DNA of 64,000 bases from Ostrea edulis (taxonomy: Eukaryota). The DNA lies in contig NC_079168.1 of the NCBI RefSeq assembly GCF_947568905.1, positions 49,414,001-49,478,000 on the forward strand. The letters run 5' to 3'. The notes under the pieces are model-generated. The model worked only from the letters and a program-made list of their open reading frames with translations, made no database searches and was not told the origin of the DNA. Of this stretch, positions 49,110 to 61,584 are shown in pieces. Made by a program: the position numbers and the translations under genes. Numbering within the stretch: position 1 is the stretch's first letter; each line of letters starts with the position of its first letter.

Positions 49110-50810
49110 CAAATCAGGACATTAGCCATAAGAAAAATATGAATTTTTGAATCATTCATAGTTTCCATATGTTTCCAGCTCTAGCCACGTGAAGGCCTCC
49201 TTTCTGTAGAGCCATAATTTCTGTTTTTGAAATGAAAAATTTATAGCCAAAGGACCAAAACCATGAAGAGTAGAACATACAAAAAAATTATATCAAAAAT
49301 AAATAAATTTTGTGATACTAACATTAACCAATTTCAGTTGTTGATAATTTGTTTTTCTACTGTGTGAAATAAAATTAGTGAAGCGTAATAACCAAAACCA
49401 TAAAGAATGTAGTGGACAACAATGTAAATTACACAAAAAATCTATGGTATTTCATTAACATAATACAATTTTTCTGTTTGTAAAAAAGAAAGTATTAAAG
49501 TCAAAGGACCAAAGCCATAAAAATGCACTAGATAAAAAAATGTAAATACTATTTTTGTACAATAACATTATCATAGAATTACAAACATTTAATGAAACAA
49601 CTGAATTTCTTCCTAACCTACACAAGATCAAGTTGTATTCACTGGACACACCCGTCTGTCGGGGGAGGAATAAGCCTGAAAGTAACCCTACTCTAAGTTC
49701 TAACCTACATAATATCAAGCTGTATTCACTGGACACACCCGTCTGGCGGGGGAGGAATAAGCCTGAAAGTAACCCTACTCTAAGTTCTAACCTACATATT
49801 CATTTTTTTAAAATTATAATGTAGTAAATTTTGAGAACTTAGAGCAGGGTTACTTTCAGGCTTATTCCTACCCCGCCAGACGGGTGTGTCCACTGAATAC
49901 AGCTTGATCTTGTGTAGGTTAGAACTTTGAGTAGGGTTACTTTCAGGCTTATTACTCACCCATTCCATTTGCATTTTGTTAATTTTAATGTTCATATGTT
50001 CTGGCCTTTAGCTGCATAACTTTTTTTATGCTAATATAATGTTACAAATGTTTTTTTTTTTTTTCAATTATGAATCTCATATGGTCTTTTAAAATTCTCT
50101 AAATATTTATTTTTTTGTTTTGTTGTAATGGTTTTTGTTGGCATCCTCTTTTTCCCAAACAAGGATATCGTAATGAAATATATAATCTTAATGATTTTTA
50201 TATGAAACGGATTGTTTTATTTTTAAAAAAAATTATAATTATGTAATATTGAAATATTTTTTATAGTATTAAGTGTTTATATTCCTATCTCTTTTCATCT
50301 ATTGATCTGTTCTTTTTATGGTCAAGGTCCTAAAATATTTCATTGCTTCATTTAAAAAACAAACTAAAGATGTTTCGTGTATTTTTAATTTTTGTCTCTC
50401 GTATTTATAGTTTTGGTCCTTTGGTTTTGATATTTTTATCTAACATGAGCAGAAAATGACATGCCAATGAAATTCTTGTTTGTAAATGTAAAACTAAAGA
50501 TGTTTTAAATTTTTGTCTCTTATATTTTTGATAGTTTGGTTTCCTTTGGTTTCAATATTTTTTATTTAACATAAGCAAAAAATAAATTATAAATGTAAAT
50601 TTACAGATGTTTTATGTGTTTTAAATTTTTGTATGTTGTGTTCTTCATGATTTTGGTCCTTTGGCTTTAAATTTTTCATTTCAAAAAAAAGAAATTATGG
50701 CTCTACAGAAAGGAGGCCTCCACGTGGCTAGGGCTGGGAACATATGGAAACTATGAATGTTTAAATAAATTTCAAATTCATGTTTTCCTTATGGCTAACT
50801 TCCTTATTTA
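49110..50810. mobile_element. ~1.7-kb foldback-like palindromic element
   Basis: Outer arms 49110-49310 and 50620-50810 are reverse complements. GGACCAAA modules recur in both arms. A central 87-bp unit occurs twice forward (49613-49797) and ~1.5 times inverted (49833-49955). Confidence 0.8.
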
Positions 50811-50842
50811 TATTAGTGTGTATGTGTGTGTATTTGTGTGTA

Positions 50843-51360
50843 TTTGTCTTGCAAGAAAATTATTTAATCACTTAAATTACATACTCATGCCTGCCTTTGA
50901 GATTAAAAAGTGTTTGAAATAATTAAATACTGGTGTTAAATTCATGATATTTAATTAAAAAAAAAAAAAAAATCCATTGAATTCATTTTGGTGACAAAAT
51001 GACAGGTGATGGGGCATCAACTTATATTAAAAAATAAAAAAAATATACATATATTTGAATTTATAAACTTAGAAAAACCCACCATCATTTAAACTACATC
51101 ATCGTCTTTAATTTGATCGGGCGTGGTATACCTTATAATACGTCACAAGCAATGGCGCCGGCAAATGGCGCCGGATGTATTGGATTTTTCTATGAATTGG
51201 CTGTATAACGGTAACGGTACCAATTCAGTGTACCATTTTTTCCAGATAACCATTTCTCAACCCATCTAAGAGGATATCCTGTGTATATTATCGCAGTATT
51301 GGGTATAGTGTACTTTTTTCTGGGTATAGCACTTTTTTGGGGGTATTGCACAGATTCCAG
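50843..51360 (-). repeat. Right arm of ~520-bp inverted repeat, ending 71 bp before the COX20 ATG
   Basis: Reverse complement of 43916-44441. Confidence 0.92.
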
Positions 51361-51431
51361 TAACCCGTCATGACGGTTATCCTTGAAGTCTATTGTAACA
51401 ATTAACCAACCAATAGTCATAAACCGTAAAA

Positions 51432-53793
51432 ATGTCAGACATTGCATCGGTGATTCACGAAGGGGAAGAGAAGTCAAAGGTACGTCTGTTACAAAATACT
51501 TTCAGTCTTTCGATGGGAATGACGTGCACGCTGTTTGAGCCACTGTTAAACATGCACATGTCCATGCGATGTAACCTGTTGTTTTCTTTTTTGCAATTAT
51601 GATGACAGCTATTTGGTATCATTACTACATATTTTTCTTTTATATCTATAATTATTTCTTGTAACGTTAAAAATCTACAGCTTAGGTTCTTGGTATAGGT
51701 CTCTGTCAGAGAAAATTCTAGCTAGTTACACTAGATCAGTTATTCATTCTCATCTTTCTTCAGTTATTTCTGTTTAAATGGATATGTATTCTATGTAAAT
51801 TTATCGAACATTATAAAAGCTGATCATTCAGATTTCTATGCTTTCAGAGAAAGCGAATAGTCTTGTTTGGATACGATGCAAATACAATTCCATATTTAAA
51901 GATGTCCCTAAGGAATTCCACAATAGCATTGTTATCAACATCAATGGGATTTTTTCTCTTAACAAGTAAGTAAATAATGAAGCGAATACATTACTTACAT
52001 GAGAACGGTTATTCTTATTCATCAAAATCTTGTCATCATACAATATATCAAATATTTACTGCTTTATTTACTACAGTAGCCACATGTTAAACACAGAAAA
52101 ATATTACTCTTGACAATGAAAGATACATGTTACAAATATATTTTAAGAGTGATATACATAAAGTGTTAAAAATTACTGTGAAATTTATTAGAGACTGTTT
52201 TGAATACAGAAGTCAATTACTTTCGACTACATAAAAATTATGTAAACATTATGTATTGATGTTCAATGGGCCTTTGCCAATTATTGTAATTGTGTTTGTG
52301 CCAATAAATATTTGTATTTGTAAAGAGAACTTGATATATTTTAGGTAATTTGCGTAGAGGCGTAATTGTTGGGATGTTCACATCTTTGAGTACTTATGTT
52401 GGAACCACGTGAGTTTTCTTTATAATTTGATGCACATTTTTCTTGTTAAAAGATTAATTTTCTTTAATACTGTTTACTTGATATTATCATACCAAGGTTA
52501 CAGAAACTAGACATCAACAGGTATTTTATGTTGAAAATCCATGTATGAGCTTTTTAGATTCTGATTTGTTATAAAATGAATATTATCACCAAAGAATTAT
52601 CAGATGGTACCCTTACTGATTAAACATATTTAGTGAAATAGTACATGTATTAAAACCAGGGTTGAATAAAAATGTCTCTTGCTTTTTTTACCATTGACCT
52701 TGGCAAAAGGACCTTTGTTCAAGGTCATGTCACACTACCAAGTCAGAAACAATCCTCTAGACAAAAAATTATGGTAAAAATTCACTAATGACCTTGAAGA
52801 AATAACTATGCTTATTGGTCATAAACTCATAATACACTGTTTAGTCTCCAGTCTCTTCCAAGTGAAAGCTTCTAATGTTCTTACCATTACAAACTAATGA
52901 CCCAAGCAAACATTTTGAACAAAGTGGGACAGACAGATCGGATATACCCTCAGGTTGGTTAGGATTCCTGTATCTACCCATCACCCAAACCTCAATTTAA
53001 ATACTGGTATATTATATGATATAGCCACATTCTTTTGCCCCAAAGAGATAATCAGTCTTTGTTTTAAAGCCAAATATTGAATATATTCAGTATATAGCAA
53101 TTTTGAGGCGGGGATTTTCATCTGATATTAGGTCTGAGAGCTTATTTTATATTATCATATTTTATTTGTCACATGCGGGTTACTTTTTTGCATTTTTTAA
53201 ATTTAGTTGAATGTATATTGCATGCAGTAATTTTTGCATACATGTGATATATTTTCTTTCTTTAGATTTAAGCAGTCATTTATAAATGTTTCAAAAATTT
53301 TATGAACTTGTCAACAAATTTAAGAATGCATGAATTGTAATCACCATATTACAATAAGTCTTTGATGAAGTTAAAAAGGTAACTATATACATGTATATGA
53401 CAAGAATATAAGGAGGTATAGAACATTTTCAGGTTATCAATCTGATTCTGAGTTGCTGTAGAATTTTGCATGCCAATCTGATATGTGACAGATTTTCAGA
53501 CTAGTAAAACAACATTATTTAAATGAAGGAATTGCAGTTATTGTCAGAATCCGTGGGTTTTCTCTCCATTACACTGCACTCATTGAATGCAGTGTAATGA
53601 AGAGAAACCCATGGGTTTCGATGACAATGATTTGCAGTATGCAGTATCCAATTGTCTGTAATTGTTTTTCTTTTTTTACAGGATGTACTTTGCTTACAAT
53701 GATTATAACAGATATTTAAGGACAGCTGAAGCTATAAAAAATAATGAAGTGTTATTTACCGACGGCAGTGTTCAACTGGATGATTCCGATTGA
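51432..53793 (+). CDS. COX20: Cytochrome c oxidase assembly protein COX20-like (FAM36A), 4 exons, 113 aa
   Basis: Exons: 51432-51479, 51848-51965, 52345-52408 (64 nt), 53682-53793, with phases 0/1/2. Protein: MSDIASVIHEGEEKSKRKRIVLFGYDANTIPYLKMSLRNSTIALLSTSMGFFLLTSNLRRGVIVGMFTSLSTYVGTTMYFAYNDYNRYLRTAEAIKNNEVLFTDGSVQLDDSD. It aligns by eye to human COX20 (LLGFLDVENTP...GFGHFLFTSRIRRSCDVG...ILYEG) with two hydrophobic segments. Human COX20, as recalled, has the same phases and a 64-nt third exon. Confidence 0.75.
53539..53629. mobile_element. 91-bp hairpin micro-MITE in COX20 intron 3 with near-perfect 9-bp TSD
   Basis: Imperfect palindrome ending GTTTCGATGACAATG, flanked by AATTGCAGT and ATTTGCAGT. 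Confidence 0.7.
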
Positions 53794-54240
53794 GAAACAA
53801 TATGGCTTTGATCAGATGCATCATTAAAAAAGAAAATTTGGAAAAGAACAACTTGATAGCAAAGGTGCATTGGTGGATGAAGCGTACATTAAACATGCTA
53901 TTAAAGAAGAAAAGTGAAAATAGGTGGAGTAATCATGTAATGGTGATCTGTGATTTCATTGTGCATGTAAACTGTATTGAAAATCATTCAGATTATACAG
54001 ACTTGGTGTACCTTGATGAATACAAAGAAAACGAAATCTTGATCATAATACAAACGATTGTTTTGTGAGAATGAATGTGTGAATATAGATATAAGAAATT
54101 GTGAATGAATTTTTTTTTTTTTTTTACGAATTTGCATAATTAGTGTGAATTCAAAATACAGTTTTGCATTTCAAAATTTCAACCATGTATCAATTGGAGT
54201 ATAAAAGTGTGCTTCTTTTTAATGCTTTAGATTATTGTTA

Positions 54241-55552
54241 TTTTTATGCCCCCCTTTGAAAAAGAGGGGGCATATTGTTTTGCAACTGTCGGTCAGTCGG
54301 TCTGTCTGTAGACCATGTGTTGTCCGCTCAATATCTTTCGACCCCTTTGTTTGATAACAGCCAAACTTGGTACAGGGGTTGCCCCTGGAGAGTAGATGAT
54401 CCTTAATGATTTTCAGGTCACATGGTCAAAGGTCAAGGTCAAACTGCTGGTCTTTACCCCATGTGGTAGACCATGTGTTGTCCACTCAATAACTTTTGAC
54501 CCCTATGCATGATAACTACCAAACTTGGTACAAGGGTTGCCCTTGGAGAGTAGATGATCCCTATTGACCTTCAGGTCACATGGTCAAGGTCAAACCTCTG
54601 GTATTAAGCCCATGTGTTGTCTGCTCATATTTTTTGACCCCTTTGCTTGATAATAGCCAAAATTGAAACAGAGGCTTTCCTTAGAGAGTAGATGATACCT
54701 ATGGATTTTCAGGTCATGTGGTCAAAGGTCAAGGTCAAACTGCTGGTCTTAACCCCATGTGGTAGACCATGAGTTGTCCGCTTAATATCTTGAGAACCAT
54801 TCACTTGATTGTAATGATATTTCATATGTGGGTTGGTTATAAAAAGAAGAGGACCCCTATTGTTTTTCAGGTCAAAAGGTCAAGGGTCAATCTACTCTGG
54901 ACATAAGAATATACTGTCCGCTCAATATCTTGAGAACCCTTTGCTTGACAGACATCAGACTTGGTACACTGGTACATCATTAGGAGAAGATAACACCTAT
55001 TGATTTTGAGATCACATGGTCAAGGGTCAAACTGGACATAGGAATATACTGTCCGGTCAATATCTTGAGAACCCTTTGCTTGACAGACTTCAAACTTGGT
55101 ACACTGGTACATCTTCAGGAAAAGATGACCCCTATTGAATTAAAGGTCAAGGGTCAAACTGGACATAGGAATATACTGTCTGTTCAATATCTTGAGAACC
55201 CTTTGCTTGACAGACATCAAACTTGGTACGCTAGTACATCATCAGGAGAAGATGACTACTAATGAATTTGAGGTCAAGGGTCAAACTGGACATAGGAATA
55301 TACTGTCCCTTCAATATCTTGAGAACCCTTTGCTTGACAGACATCAAACTTGGTACACTGGTACATCTTCAGGAGTTGATGACCCCTATTGATTTTTAGG
55401 TCACATGGTCAATCCACTCTTGATATAGGAAGATATTCTGCTCAATATTTTGAATTGATGATACTACTCTTAATTAAATGGTGTGTGTGTGTATAACCCT
55501 TTTCAATTTTGCACCATGGGGGGCATATGTGTTTTACAAACATCTCTTGTTT
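54241..55552 (+). mobile_element. HINE-like element with ~125-190-bp internal repeats
   Basis: 5' TTTTTATGCCCCCCTTTGAAAAAGAGGGGGCATA stem and GTCG/GTCT microsatellite, repeated GGTCAAGGGTCAAACTGGACATAGG and CCCTTTGCTTGACAGAC units, and a 3' end CAAACATCTCTTGTTT. Confidence 0.82.
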
Positions 55553-56499
55553 AAAATATTAAATTTCATGAGCAAATAAGGTTTTTATGCAAAAATTAAT
55601 GATTTCTCTGTCAATTGATTGGACCAATTGTATCTACATTTATAACACTCCTAAAAATCCAATGAAGCATGAGCCCTTGTGGATGGGATACATGTCTATC
55701 ATATTAAATTACTAGAACTTCCAGCTGGGGTCTGCTTTCACTTATTATAGAATTATTATGTACTAATGTCAACTTATCCAAGTCCACATAGCATCAGCAC
55801 TGAAGATTGCCACCTACCTGAATACCAGGTACAGCTAAAGATATACTGTTCATTAAAACTTCTCATTCATCCATTTTCTACATTTAAAACATAAGCTTCA
55901 AAACATTTTGGTACAAAAACATTGGCCAGAAGAAATCTGAACTTTGAGTGATGAATTGACTTAAAATTTTCATAGTTCTGTGAGGGTGATTTCCTCCTGA
56001 ACATAAGGGGCACACAGGATGTTGTGATCCCTGATTCATGAAGTCAGTAATATGAACACACAAAATGTACTATATCTGACTTCGGTGCCAATCCAGGATA
56101 TTTCATAGTAAGTGTAAAAAGAATATAAATGTACAATAATTGTAGTCCCCACTTTTATTCGTGCATCTTGTGTGTGATTTCATCACTTGCATTGTTGGGT
56201 CATGATCTACCAGAGTATGTAATTGTAAATATGACAACCTTCCTTTAATGTCCTTGACTTCTTTGTAAACATATTAGCAATTCTTTTCATCAACATTTTT
56301 GACTACCAAAGTGTAGTTAGTTTCTGCATTTACCCTGATATTACCAGTACATGTGCAAATGAGCACATGGAAATTTGAAATTGTTAAAAATTTCGTAACT
56401 GGTACTTATATCATTTACTCACCTTTGAGCAATGACAAAAGTGAATAGAATACCTTCAAAAGTTCACAAACCTACAAATTGTACACCAACCCCTCCCCA

Positions 56500-56790
56500 T
56501 TTTTAGCTCACAGGAGCTATATTAAGCTTATTAATAAGTGATCTTTTCTGGCCATCTATTATCTGTCCATCTGTCTGTAAATAAACTCTACACGTCTTTT
56601 AGCTCAGCTGAGCTGAAAGTTCTGATTGCCAATAGTCCGTCGGCTGTCTGTCCGTCCGTAAACTTTTTACATTTTCAACTTCTTCTCCAGAACCACTGGG
56701 CCAATTATAACCAAACTTCGCCAAAAGCATCCTTGGGTGAAGAGCTTTCAAGTTTGTTCAAATGAAGGGCCATGCCCCCTTCAAAGGGGA
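56500..56790 (+). mobile_element. Truncated HINE 5' ends (two)
   Basis: TTTTAGCTCAC and TTTAGCTCAGCTGAGCTGAAAG starts, a GTCC microsatellite and the first Cg170-like unit. Confidence 0.65.
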
Positions 56791-57355
56791 GATAATAGGG
56801 ATAATTCTTGTAAATATGCTAATTCACACTCTGCCAGTCATCATTTCACCATTTGAATAGTAAACAATGTCACAGTTATGTGATTAGAGTAGGCATGGGG
56901 GTTGAACTGAACATATTACTACATGTATATTCTTATTAATATCTCCAGTGTAATCTTTCTGTTGAATTTGATATCCCTGTCTTTTGATGGGCCACATTAT
57001 GATGCAAGATTTCCCCATTAGTCTGTTGACTTTTTTCGTGTCTGGGTCATATCTTTCACACTGTGAGGTCTAGGACCATCAAACTTGGTCAAATGATGTA
57101 GTTGGAGGCAGCATGTGTTTTGAATCAAAAATAGCCTTCTACTGAAATTTTATGGTTTACATACTCAAATCGTGTCCAAGTCGTACAATGTATCTTTCAC
57201 ACTGTGAGGCATAGGACCATCAAACTGGAACTGTTGATGCATTTTGGATATATAGATATGAATCAAACATAGGTCACAGTGGCCCCATTAGGCCTAAATG
57301 AAGAAAATTAACCAGATTGCACTGGCACCTGAATTTCTATCAATAAGTCGCTCAA

Positions 57356-57438
57356 TAAAGCCAAAGATTGAAAAATCCTACCCCCTCTTAATATAAATTT
57401 ATATGTAGAGAGGGTAGGACTTTTCAATCTTTGGCTTA
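57356..57438. repeat. ~83-bp hairpin element
   Basis: AAGCCAAAGATTGAAAA.TCCTACCC and GGGTAGGACTTTTCAATCTTTGGCTT arms around an AT-rich loop. Confidence 0.75.
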
Positions 57439-58824
57439 TCTATCTGATACCTTGTTAGAATGATCTGCGTCTCGGGACAGGCCCTCACCACAGTTAGAAT
57501 GCCTCCCATATACTCATAATGTAGCAGAAAATTGCAGAATCACTCCAAAACGACTAAACATGCAAATGAATACAACTAACCTCATTGATAGTTTGTAAGT
57601 CCTAACACTGTAAAAAAAAAAACGCTGTAAAAAAAAACACGTAAGATAATATAGGTAAATTGAACACTTTGAAATGTCACTTTATGATTGCCGGTGATGC
57701 AATTTTTACATTGTATTCAAAGACTTTTGCTGATTTCGTGTGCAATTACCTGCAAGTTAAAAATTCAACAGCAACACCCCATCATACCTCTTCTCACCCT
57801 ACAGCTCACAAGGTCAATGATTAAATTGGACATAGTAAGATCTTTTTTGCTCAATATTGTGAGAACACTGCTTCACAGATTAACATCGGTATACTGGTAC
57901 TAAGGAGTAGATGACCCATATTGATTTTGAAATCCAAGGGTCAAACTGAACATAAAATATTGCACATTCAATATCTTGACAACTATTTTCTTGACAGAAA
58001 TCGAACTTAGTACACTGGTGCCCCAAAAGAGTAGACGATACATTGGTGCCCCCAAAAGAGTAGATGATCCCCTTTGGTTTTCAGTTCATAAGGTTTAAGG
58101 TCATGACAGAAATGGCTGGTTATTTGGAAATGTCTGCTTGAGTGAGTATCTTGAGAGATCAAATTTATTATGGTTGCCTCTGACTAGTAGATAACCTATA
58201 TTTATCACTATCCCTACAGACATTCTCAATGAAAAGTTGATCCTTTTCAATATTGCCATATATTGTTTTAGAAGTGTTCTCCAAAGCTAAAGAGATGTAT
58301 TCTGTAATACAACCTGTTAAAACTCATACAACCTGTTAAAACTCAGCATAATAAAGATTTTAATGTAAATGAAACAATAAATTGTTTATTGATACTATAA
58401 ATTACATGAAGCTTCCGCAACCATAAACGTGCATCCAACTTCCATTGTAATGTGAGTAACTACAAAATGTAGGCCATCATTGGAGTGATTTTGAGTCAAA
58501 ATTATTTCATTCAAATGCTCATGCCAAGACAAGTACCTTAAACAAACTAAACACTTCTAAAAAATTTATTAAATTAAGTACACAGTGAGATTAATTAGAA
58601 GCTACAAAACTATCCAATAATATATGGTACCCTTATACATGTATAATTCCAATGTTATTTATTACAAGTGTTTTGATTGGACAAAAATAAAGCTGAACAA
58701 GAGTTTATATATACATCAATAAATCCGAAAACGCGATGTATTCATACACGCCTGAAAACAAATAACATAGTGCGGGGAAACTATTCAAATTTTTGCAATT
58801 GTTAATGAAGTGGATGAATTGGAA

Positions 58825-58992
58825 TTATAAGAATCAAACATTCTTTTTGAAGAATTTATCGATGTGTAAATTCCGGCCATTTTACTCACAAACTTAACAT
58901 AAAAGTGCTTTGCACTTTTATTCAGTTTGTGAGTAAAATGTCTGGAGTTTACACATCGATAAATTCTTCAAAAAGAATGTTTAATCCTATAA
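58825..58992. repeat. ~168-bp near-perfect palindromic MITE-like element
   Basis: AAACATTCTTTTTGAAGAATTTATCGATGTGTAAA..CATTTTACTCACAAACT is mirrored on the right; the ends are TTATA...TATAA. Confidence 0.8.
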
Positions 58993-61510
58993 TACATATT
59001 AAATTAAAATAAATGTAAAGTAAGAAAAACATGTAATTTCATGTTTGTAACAAACTTCAATTGGTCTTACAATTTGTGTAAGACTATAAAACATGGCAAT
59101 TAAATTAATGTAGTCAAGTGCAAATATTTTATACATGTACATACACAATTTTGAACAACCTGTTGTTGCATTGTTTCTTTGAAATATGTGTACTAAATAT
59201 ATGTAAGAGACAAATCTTGACTAGATTTCAATTATTTGCTAAATATTTTGTAAATAGTTTTAACAATTGATAAGTATATCATACAGAGACAATATACACA
59301 GGAGATTACATGAGAGCACTAAAAACTGATCGAAAATCCAATGGAAGTTTATTTAATACAATTGTATAACTGTTATAAACGTGATTATTACGATGTACCA
59401 CATACAGAAATGATATTGTGTTTCTGCTGGGGATTAAACCCAAAGCTAATAAGAATGCCGAACATTTAACATAAATACACAAGAACTAGAGCTGTCCTAA
59501 TAGCACTGATACATTCAGTAAGACTTATCCAATTTGAACATATGTAACTTTTTCTCCTAGTGACCTTCACTTTGTGTAAATGACCTTGGTTCAGGGTTAT
59601 GACACACCACCTGGCTATAATCAACCTTTATGCTGATATGGGCATCTACTGTAGATTCCTTATTCTACCAGAATACTAAATATTGTGAAATTACTCACAG
59701 ATATGGCAAATCGCGAGAACATGCTTGGATTGTTGATTTGTTTTTACAAGTTTTTCATCAATATAAAAATAAAAGTGAGCAATTTTATTTCGCAAATGAT
59801 GCTTTTCACTAAATTAAGCGATAATCAATTCCTTGCATCTATTTACGAATCTACCGTAATGTCTTCCCATTACAATGTTATAGTGTCACACAATTATATC
59901 CTCTTTTCTTTTTGCCACTGACCTTGACCAAATGACCTTTGTGATATGCAAACATGAGCTAACGTCTCTCCTTTGCAAAGTTAGGCGTAACAAATATTTC
60001 CCACTTTGACTACATGTACTGTTGACCTTGGTTCAGATTCATGACAATGCACCAGGCTGTAAGCACTCTTTGCGTAGTATAATCCTCTATAATTTCCATT
60101 GCAAAGGTAGAAGATCAGAACTGAAAATCTCTTTTTGTGAGACTTCATTTCCACAATCTTGCCATGTCAGATTTATTAGTGATTTATTACTCAGATATAG
60201 TTTTTGTGAACATTTGTTTTGTTTTTACAACATATATATACAAATCTGTGTATAGAAACCTGATTTTTTGCATCCAGACAATTTCACAAATTTACATGAG
60301 AATAAACAAATTAAAAGTGATTTAAAGTAAGAACTCAATGTTCCGGAACCAGAGTGTGAGTAACTGGCACATGTATTTGATACATGTACTCCGAGATTCT
60401 AATGCAAGCAAAGTTTTCAAAATCTAATACATCTATGTTTACAATAAGTCTAGGCAGCAAATTCCTGTAGTTCAATGATATTTAATCAAGACATCCATGG
60501 GTCGATCTTAGTAGTCACCTGAGTAACATGCAATGACTCCTCAATTACACAAGATGTTTTATTATTTTTAAACATGAAAATTAAATATTTTTAACATTCA
60601 AGATTCAGATTTTTCAATGTCCAAGAAAACAGTTTTTTTTTAAAAAAATCGTGTACATTTTTTACTTTATGATTGCCACTCTCTGAAACATAAGTAAACA
60701 ATCCTGAGGTCATGAACTCCATGTTTTTGGTAGAAGTCTTCACACTTCACAACAGTACATACAATATTTTGTCACCAAAAATTTAAGTCAATGAAAATCG
60801 TTCTTTATTATATATTTCAGTAATAATTATTGTCTTGCAAGACAATAATATTTCCTTACTTACTTCTTTACACTAAAAGCTGTTATCTAACAGTTTTATT
60901 AGGTTTCTCTTGTTTTTGCTTTTTATAACCATGCACACAATATTTCTTCACCAATTCCCAGAAGCAAGAAGACTTTAAAATATCTTAAAAATGCATTTTC
61001 ATTGTATACACATTTGATCTCTGGCCCAGGGGTAGAAAATTCCACTTTTGGTAAAAGGCTCCATGCACTTCATAACCATGAATATTTATAAGTTTTTCTT
61101 TAAGCCGCACAGGGGTAAAGATTCACATGAGTAAATCTGATGACCTACAATGCTTGCTCTAGAAAATGAAAACCATTCTTTAAAAAATAGCAATATTAAT
61201 GTTATTAAAATAAGTTTTACTGTACTAACCACAAATCTTTGGTATGCAAGCTGTGTTGATCTTAAGCTTAAAATCAAAGTGTACAAAGCTTGAAATATTT
61301 GAGGACACATATTATTTGTTATTAGTACAATTAGTCCTGCATTTAAAAAAAAAATCCATTTACAAACCCTTCCGTAAATCTCATCACTTTTTTGCTTTAT
61401 TAAAAGTCCAGATTAATATGGTTAAAGTATTTCTTGGATAGATAATCACAGACATCAAGAATGTTTTCAGCATGAAATACAACTTGTATCTGTACCAAAC
61501 ACTGTCAATG

Positions 61511-61584
61511 CATCTTCACAAGTCAAGGGTTATTGATTTGTTAGTGTGAGGTAATGAATCAATAACCCTTGACTTGTGAAGATG
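61511..61584. mobile_element. 74-bp micro-MITE with perfect 28-bp TIRs and 9-bp TSD
   Basis: CATCTTCACAAGTCAAGGGTTATTGATT and AATCAATAACCCTTGACTTGTGAAGATG; TSD CTGTCAATG at 61502-61510 and 61585-61593. Confidence 0.92.

Noticed and set aside
49455-49995. ORFs with a duplicated 29-aa motif
   Set aside because: They are translations of the 87-bp core unit of the foldback element.
53790-54068. 92-codon ORF after the COX20 stop, with a possible acceptor TTTGATCAG (alternative last exon)
   Set aside because: It starts at TTG, has no recognisable similarity to the COX20 C-terminus, and the acceptor is weak. It is most likely 3' UTR; only junction reads could rescue it.
56418-56468. Possible minus-strand mini-exon (VCELLKVFYSLLSLLK), loosely like SLC35A transporters
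   Set aside because: No compatible neighbouring exons found, and the similarity is too short to support.
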